From: an uncultured Opitutales bacterium
Lineage (GTDB): Bacteria; Verrucomicrobiota; Verrucomicrobiia; Opitutales; JABDGR01
Direction: 5' to 3'
Assembly (NCBI GenBank): GCA_964499725.1
Contig: CAZCMU010000002.1
Coordinates: 1-38,340, forward strand
DNA length: 38,340 bases
In this document: positions 33,466-38,340 of the stretch, in pieces
Layout of the letters: each line of letters begins with the position of its first letter
Position numbering within the stretch: the first letter of the stretch is position 1
Program-made: the position numbers and the translations under genes
The notes under the pieces: model-generated
What the model saw: only the letters and a program-made list of their open reading frames with translations
What the model was told of the DNA's origin: nothing
The model's database searches: none

Positions 33466-34968
33466 ATGCCAACCGCTACTTCCGATATCGGGCTCGTCGG
33501 CCTCGCCGTCATGGGCCAGAACCTCGCGCTAAACATCGCCGACCACGGCTTCCGCATCTCCGTGTTTAATCGCACGTCCTCGAAGACCGACGAATTTGTC
33601 GCCAAGCACCCAAACACCCCCGGCGGGTTGGTCGGGTTCGATAAGCTGGCCGACTTCGTCCAGTCGCTCAAAAAACCCCGCAAGGTCGTCATCCTCGTCA
33701 AAGCCGGCGCCGGCACTGAAGCTGTTATTGACGAGCTGGCCGCACTCTTTGAACCGGGTGATATCATCATTGACGGCGGCAACGCGAATTGGAACGACAC
33801 CATCGCGCGTGAAAAGCGCCTCAAGGCCAAAAACCTGCGCTTCATCGGCAGCGGCGTTTCTGGTGGCGAAGAAGGCGCGCGCTTTGGCCCATCCTTGATG
33901 CCCGGTGGCACCGTCGAAGCCTGGCGCGAACTTGAACCCATTTGGAAGGCCATTGCCGCGAAAGTTGATCCGAAAACCGGCAAACCGCTCGAAGGTGCCG
34001 CCCCCGGCAAACCCGTCGTGGGCGGCGTACCCTGCACCGCGTACATCGGTGCGGACGGCGCGGGCCACTACGTCAAGATGGTTCACAACGGCATCGAATA
34101 CGGCGACATGCAAATGATTTGCGAAGCCTACGACGTGCTCCAGCGCCTGCTCGGCCTCGCCCCCGCCGCCATTGGCGACATCTTTGCGCAATGGAACACC
34201 GGCGTGCTCGACTCCTTTCTCATCGAAATTTCCGCCGATGTCCTGCGGCAAAAAGACCCCGTCACCGGCAAACCCTTTGTGGACATCGTCCTCGACACCG
34301 CCGGACAAAAAGGCACCGGCAAGTGGACTTCCACCAGCGCGCTCGACATGGGTGTGCCCGCACCCACTGTCGCTGAAGCCGTGTTTGCTCGCTGCATCAG
34401 TGCTATCAAGGACGAACGCGTCGCCGCCTCAAAAATCCTCAAAGGTCCGGCCAAAAAATTCTCCGGCGACTCCGCGGCATTGGTCAAGGCCGTCCAGGAC
34501 GCGTTGTATTGCTCGAAAATCTGTTCGTACGCCCAGGGCTTCCAACTCATGCGCGAGGCGCAGCAGGAATACAAGTGGACGCTCAATTTTGGTGAAATCG
34601 CGCAAATCTGGCGCGGCGGTTGCATCATCCGCGCCGCGTTTTTGCAGAAAATTACCGAGGCTTATGCCCGTGACGCCAACCTGGCGAATTTGCTCCTCGA
34701 CCCATATTTCAACAGCCAAATTCAAGGCGCACAGGAAAATTGGCGGCGCGTTGTCGCCTTCGGGGCGGAATTCGGCGTGCCGCTGCCCAGCTTCAGCAGC
34801 GCCCTCGCGTATTACGACGGCTACCGCGCCGACCGCCTGCCCCAAAATCTCCTTCAAGGCCAGCGCGACTTCTTCGGCGCCCACACCTACGAACGCGTGG
34901 ACCAGCCCCGCGGCAAATTCTTCCACATTGACTGGCCCGACCCCAAGCGCCCGCAGTACCCGATGTAA
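33466..34968 (+). CDS. gnd: 6-phosphogluconate dehydrogenase (decarboxylating)
   Basis: The Rossmann start is [23 protein letters not shown], followed by ...[21 protein letters not shown]... and ...[14 protein letters not shown]..., all classic Gnd signatures. Confidence 0.95.
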   Translation: MPTATSDIGLVGLAVMGQNLALNIADHGFRISVFNRTSSKTDEFVAKHPNTPGGLVGFDKLADFVQSLKKPRKVVILVKAGAGTEAVIDELAALFEPGDIIIDGGNANWNDTIAREKRLKAKNLRFIGSGVSGGEEGARFGPSLMPGGTVEAWRELEPIWKAIAAKVDPKTGKPLEGAAPGKPVVGGVPCTAYIGADGAGHYVKMVHNGIEYGDMQMICEAYDVLQRLLGLAPAAIGDIFAQWNTGVLDSFLIEISADVLRQKDPVTGKPFVDIVLDTAGQKGTGKWTSTSALDMGVPAPTVAEAVFARCISAIKDERVAASKILKGPAKKFSGDSAALVKAVQDALYCSKICSYAQGFQLMREAQQEYKWTLNFGEIAQIWRGGCIIRAAFLQKITEAYARDANLANLLLDPYFNSQIQGAQENWRRVVAFGAEFGVPLPSFSSALAYYDGYRADRLPQNLLQGQRDFFGAHTYERVDQPRGKFFHIDWPDPKRPQYPM

Positions 34969-35021
34969 TCGCGCCAGATATTTCCTGGGTTACCCGTTCC
35001 ACCTCAAATCCATTTCACGCC

Positions 35022-36053
35022 ATGGAACATCGTCAACTCGGCAAATCAGGATTAAAAGTGCCGTTGCTGAGCTATGGCACCGCCACCTTTGGCGGCGGCC
35101 CGGGCTTTGAGCAATGGGGCACCACTGGCGTGAAAGAGGCCACGCACCTCGTGAATCTTTGCCTTGAGGCCGGCGTTACGATGTTCGACTCGGCTGACAT
35201 TTATTCCGCGGGCATGGCCGAGGAAGTTCTCGGCGGCGCGATTAAAGGCCGGCGCGACCAAGTGATTATTTCCACAAAAGGCACCTTCCGTTTTGGTACC
35301 GGCCCCAACGATGTCGGCTCGTCGCGCGCCCACCTCATCAAAGCCTGCGAAGGCAGCCTCCGCCGCCTCGGCACGGACTATATTGACCTCTACCAACTGC
35401 ACGGCTTCGATGCGTTGACCCTCGTCGAGGAGGTCCTTCACGCCCTCGATGACCTTGTTCGTGCCGGCAAAATCCGCTACATCGGCTGCTCAAATTTTTC
35501 CGGCTGGCATTTGATGAAGTCCCTTGCCGTGTCCGAAAAATTCGGCCTCGCCCGCTATGTGGCCCACCAAGCCTATTATTCTCTACTTGGACGCGAATAT
35601 GAATGGGAGCTGATGCCACTGGGCCTCGACCAGGGTGTCGGTGCCGTCGTCTGGAGTCCCCTCGGCTTTGGGCGGCTGGGCGGCAAGGTCCGGCGCGGCC
35701 AATCTCTGCCCAAGGTCAGCCGCTTGCAAGATGCCAACACCGTGCGCATTGCTCCGCCGGTTGACGACGAATTTGTTTACCGCATTGTGGACGCCCTCGA
35801 TGAAGTTGCGCAAGAAACCGGCCACAGTATCGCGCAAATCGCCATCAACTGGGTGTTGCAGCGTCCAACCGTGTCCACTGTCATTATCGGTGCGCGCGAC
35901 GAAACCCAATTGCGTCAAAATCTTGCCGCCGCCGCCTTTAGGTTAACCCCGGTGCAAATCGCCAAACTCGAAGCCGCCAGCGCCAAAGCGCGCACCTACC
36001 CCTATTGGCACCAAGCGCAGTTTTCCGAGCGGAATCCTTTTCCGACCAATTAA
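35022..36053 (+). CDS. Aldo/keto reductase family oxidoreductase
   Basis: MEHRQLGKSGLKVPLLSYGTATFGG..., FDSADIYSAG..., IDLYQLHGFD... and IRYIGCSNFSGW are typical AKR motifs. Confidence 0.9.
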   Translation: MEHRQLGKSGLKVPLLSYGTATFGGGPGFEQWGTTGVKEATHLVNLCLEAGVTMFDSADIYSAGMAEEVLGGAIKGRRDQVIISTKGTFRFGTGPNDVGSSRAHLIKACEGSLRRLGTDYIDLYQLHGFDALTLVEEVLHALDDLVRAGKIRYIGCSNFSGWHLMKSLAVSEKFGLARYVAHQAYYSLLGREYEWELMPLGLDQGVGAVVWSPLGFGRLGGKVRRGQSLPKVSRLQDANTVRIAPPVDDEFVYRIVDALDEVAQETGHSIAQIAINWVLQRPTVSTVIIGARDETQLRQNLAAAAFRLTPVQIAKLEAASAKARTYPYWHQAQFSERNPFPTN

Positions 36054-36142
36054 TTCCTGCTCGTGGTTCAAGTTGGTCCGCCGGCGACTGGTCGATTTTT
36101 CCCCATCGACGCCCCCGGCCTTTCGCGTCCACAATCCGCCTT

Positions 36143-38340
36143 ATGAACTCACCCGGCCCGGCGGCCACCTTTCGCCGGCGGATTTGGCTTTGCGCGCTGT
36201 TGAGCGTGGTTGCGGCTGTAGCCATCATGTTTCTGCTCCCTGGGGATTTGTTTCTGTCCTCGCCGGATACGGATCTGATCGGCCAATTGGCGGCCTGGCG
36301 GGCCTTCGCGGCGGATAGCATCCGGGCCGGACATTTCCCGATGTGGAACCCCTACGCCTACGCCGGGCAGCCTTTTTTGGGTGATTTTCAATCGGCGGAA
36401 CTTTATCCACCCAATGTCATTTTTTTATTTTTGCCGCTGGCCCGCGCCGTCAATTTGTCCTTTTTGCTGCATTTGCTGCTGCTGGGGTGGGGCCTGGGCT
36501 TTTGGGTGACGCGGCGCGGCGGCCACCCCCTTGCCGGAGCCCTCGCGGGATTGGCGCTGGCGTTGAGCGGCCCGGTCTACATGCGCTTATTTGCCGGGCA
36601 TTTGGCCAACCTCTGCACCATGGCCTGGGCGCCCTGGCTGTTTTGCGCGCTCGAAGCGGCCTGGCGCGGCCCACGCCAGCGACCATTGCTGCTGGCGGCA
36701 GCCATCGTCTGCCTGCAAATCCTCGGCGGCCACCCGCAGTACGTTTTCTATCTGGGGATTGCCGCTGGTATCCATGCCGTCGTCTATTCCGTGGCCGATC
36801 CCGCCGTGCGTCGGCGCGCGCTGCCCAATATTGTTCTAGCCTATCTCGGGGGAGCCGCCCTGTCCTCAGCCCAATTGTTGCCCGGTCTGGCGGCCATTGG
36901 CGAAAGCGTGCGCCAGACCAAGCTCGCGTTCAATTTTGTGCGCATGTTTTCCTTCCCCCCGGAAAATCTGCTCACGCTCATTGCCCCGGGCTTTTTCGGC
37001 AACCTCACCAACGCCACTTATTGGGGCCGTTGTTATCTTTGGGAGGTTTCCCTCTTTATTGGCGTTTCTGGATTGGTTCTCGCGACCTTGGCCTTCTTTG
37101 ACCCCGAAGCCCGCCGGCGAACGCGACTCGATTTGTTGATTGCCGTGCCATTGGGCGTGCTTGCCTTGGGTGATCACACTCCTTTGTTGCAATTGCTTTA
37201 CAATTACGTCTTTGGCTTTGGCGAATTCCGCTCCTTGGCCAAGTTCGTCTTTCCCTTGCTCATTTTTGTCTCGCTGGGCATCGGCGCGGGCGCGGACGCG
37301 CTGATTCGCGGGCGCTTGGGCAAAAAAACTCTGGCTGGCGGAGTTTTGCTCGCCGGCATAATTGCCGTGCTCGCGGGGGGCGCTATTTTTGGTCAGCCAC
37401 AGAACTTGGGCAGCTTTGCGGATTTTATTCAGCAAACTCACGAAAGCTATCTGCCAGCCGCTCAATTTTCAAACACCCAGTTTATTCAGGACATCGGCCA
37501 TCAGGCTGGCGGCGCCCTGGCCGTCGGGGGCGCGTTGCTTATCATTATTGGCGCATCTCTGTTGCTCGCGCAGCGCCAGGCCGTCTGGCGCTGGGTGCCA
37601 TTGGCCCTGCTGCCAGTGGAAATGTTCTGCTTTGCCCGCGCCAACCTCGGCACCTCGCATGTTTCCGATTTGGCGCCGAAGGTTGTGGCTGGTTATATCG
37701 CGGCCCATCCCGGTGATTACCGGATCCTCAACCCGCTGAACGAGGATAACGGCTATTTCCTGGGTCAGTCTGATTTATGGGGCAACGACCCCACCACCTT
37801 GAAACGTTATTCGGAGTTTATGGCTTTCTCCCAAGGCATCGACCCGAATCATAACAACCAATACATTTATTTTCAGTATTTGCCAAAAATGTTTTCCCTG
37901 CTCCGGTTCCGCCTCGCTTTTATCCGCACCGAGCACGGCTACCAAATCATCGACAACCCCGGCGCGCTGCCGCGCGCGCTCTTGGTGTCCAATTATGAGG
38001 TGCGGCCCAATCGTGATGCCATTTTTGCGGAATTAAAAAACCCTGCGTTCGACCCGGGCAACACCGTGCTTCTGGAAAGCATGCCCTCCGTGCGCCCGTT
38101 GCCCGGCGCAGCCTCCGGACGGGTCAAAATTATCGAAAGCGATACAGACTCCTATACGTTTGAGATTGATACTCCTGCGCCCGCCCTGCTCCTCATCACC
38201 GACTTGTATTGCTCCGGCTGGCGAGCGCTTCCCCTGCCTGGCAGCGTCCAGTCCAGCTACGAAATTATGCCCGCAGATTACATCATTCGCGCGATACCCC
38301 TCGCCGCCGGCCATCATCATCTGGTGGTGGAGTACGCCCC
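36143..38340 (+). CDS. YfhO-like / GT-C-type polytopic membrane protein (3' partial, runs off the window)
   Basis: Absent from the track because it has no in-window stop. My translation from ATG 36143 is open to the window end: MNSPGPAATFRRRIWLCALLSVVAAVAIMF...HFPMWNPYAYAGQPFLGDFQSAELYPPNVIF.... Many TM helices are followed by a soluble C-terminal part. The WNPY...GxPF...YPP region recalls the YfhO family. The start coordinate was cross-checked against + ORF 36073..36318. Confidence 0.55.
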   Translation, partial: MNSPGPAATFRRRIWLCALLSVVAAVAIMFLLPGDLFLSSPDTDLIGQLAAWRAFAADSIRAGHFPMWNPYAYAGQPFLGDFQSAELYPPNVIFLFLPLARAVNLSFLLHLLLLGWGLGFWVTRRGGHPLAGALAGLALALSGPVYMRLFAGHLANLCTMAWAPWLFCALEAAWRGPRQRPLLLAAAIVCLQILGGHPQYVFYLGIAAGIHAVVYSVADPAVRRRALPNIVLAYLGGAALSSAQLLPGLAAIGESVRQTKLAFNFVRMFSFPPENLLTLIAPGFFGNLTNATYWGRCYLWEVSLFIGVSGLVLATLAFFDPEARRRTRLDLLIAVPLGVLALGDHTPLLQLLYNYVFGFGEFRSLAKFVFPLLIFVSLGIGAGADALIRGRLGKKTLAGGVLLAGIIAVLAGGAIFGQPQNLGSFADFIQQTHESYLPAAQFSNTQFIQDIGHQAGGALAVGGALLIIIGASLLLAQRQAVWRWVPLALLPVEMFCFARANLGTSHVSDLAPKVVAGYIAAHPGDYRILNPLNEDNGYFLGQSDLWGNDPTTLKRYSEFMAFSQGIDPNHNNQYIYFQYLPKMFSLLRFRLAFIRTEHGYQIIDNPGALPRALLVSNYEVRPNRDAIFAELKNPAFDPGNTVLLESMPSVRPLPGAASGRVKIIESDTDSYTFEIDTPAPALLLITDLYCSGWRALPLPGSVQSSYEIMPADYIIRAIPLAAGHHHLVVEYA

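Noticed and set aside
1-38340. A visual scan of the intergenic regions for tRNA, rRNA, CRISPR arrays, IS elements or integrases.
   Set aside because: None was recognised. All gaps are under 230 bp and lack tRNA-like T-arm motifs or regularly spaced repeats. tRNAscan or Infernal would be needed to exclude small RNAs formally.

Overview
This is a high-GC (roughly 60%) bacterial chromosomal segment. The gene content suggests a PVC-type organism (Verrucomicrobiota-like): GldG/DUF4340 ABC cluster, NamZ-like gene, YfhO-like gene, and mostly Shine-Dalgarno-less leaders. That taxonomic call is low-confidence inference. All calls come from reading the translations and recalling family motifs; no searches were run.

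Layout, left to right:
- 1-4053 (minus): a phage head-morphogenesis module of portal (DUF935/Mu gp29-like), Mu gpI-like protease/scaffold, DUF2190-like decoration protein and a major capsid protein. The capsid gene runs off the left edge and is missing from the ORF track. No terminase lies upstream of the portal.
- 4054-4223: a junction containing five tandem 9-mers.
- 4224-12803 (minus): a tight five-gene envelope cluster of ABC ATPase, ABC-2 permease, GldG-like auxiliary protein, DUF4340 protein and a 1008-aa membrane-anchored AsmA/YhdP-like protein.
- 13000-15982 (minus): coaX, birA, queG.
- 16094-19858: cls, a HAD hydrolase, prfA.
- 19855-28185 (minus): one long co-directional run of GH20, ogg, a lipoprotein, a 43-aa basic ORF, queD-queE-queC-queF, a NamZ-like lipoprotein and folE2.
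- 28324-38340: a PLP enzyme, holA, a ClC-CBS transporter translationally coupled to an EIIA(Ntr)-like gene, gnd, an aldo/keto reductase and a YfhO-like membrane protein that runs off the right edge (also missing from the track).

No rRNA, tRNA or CRISPR array was recognised, and no obvious defence system.

The most interesting candidates are the ABC + GldG + DUF4340 + AsmA-like cluster, a possible ABC-energised envelope-spanning transport system, and the terminase-less phage head module with its repeat-bearing junction. Both are hypotheses that need structure/HMM searches and comparative genomics.
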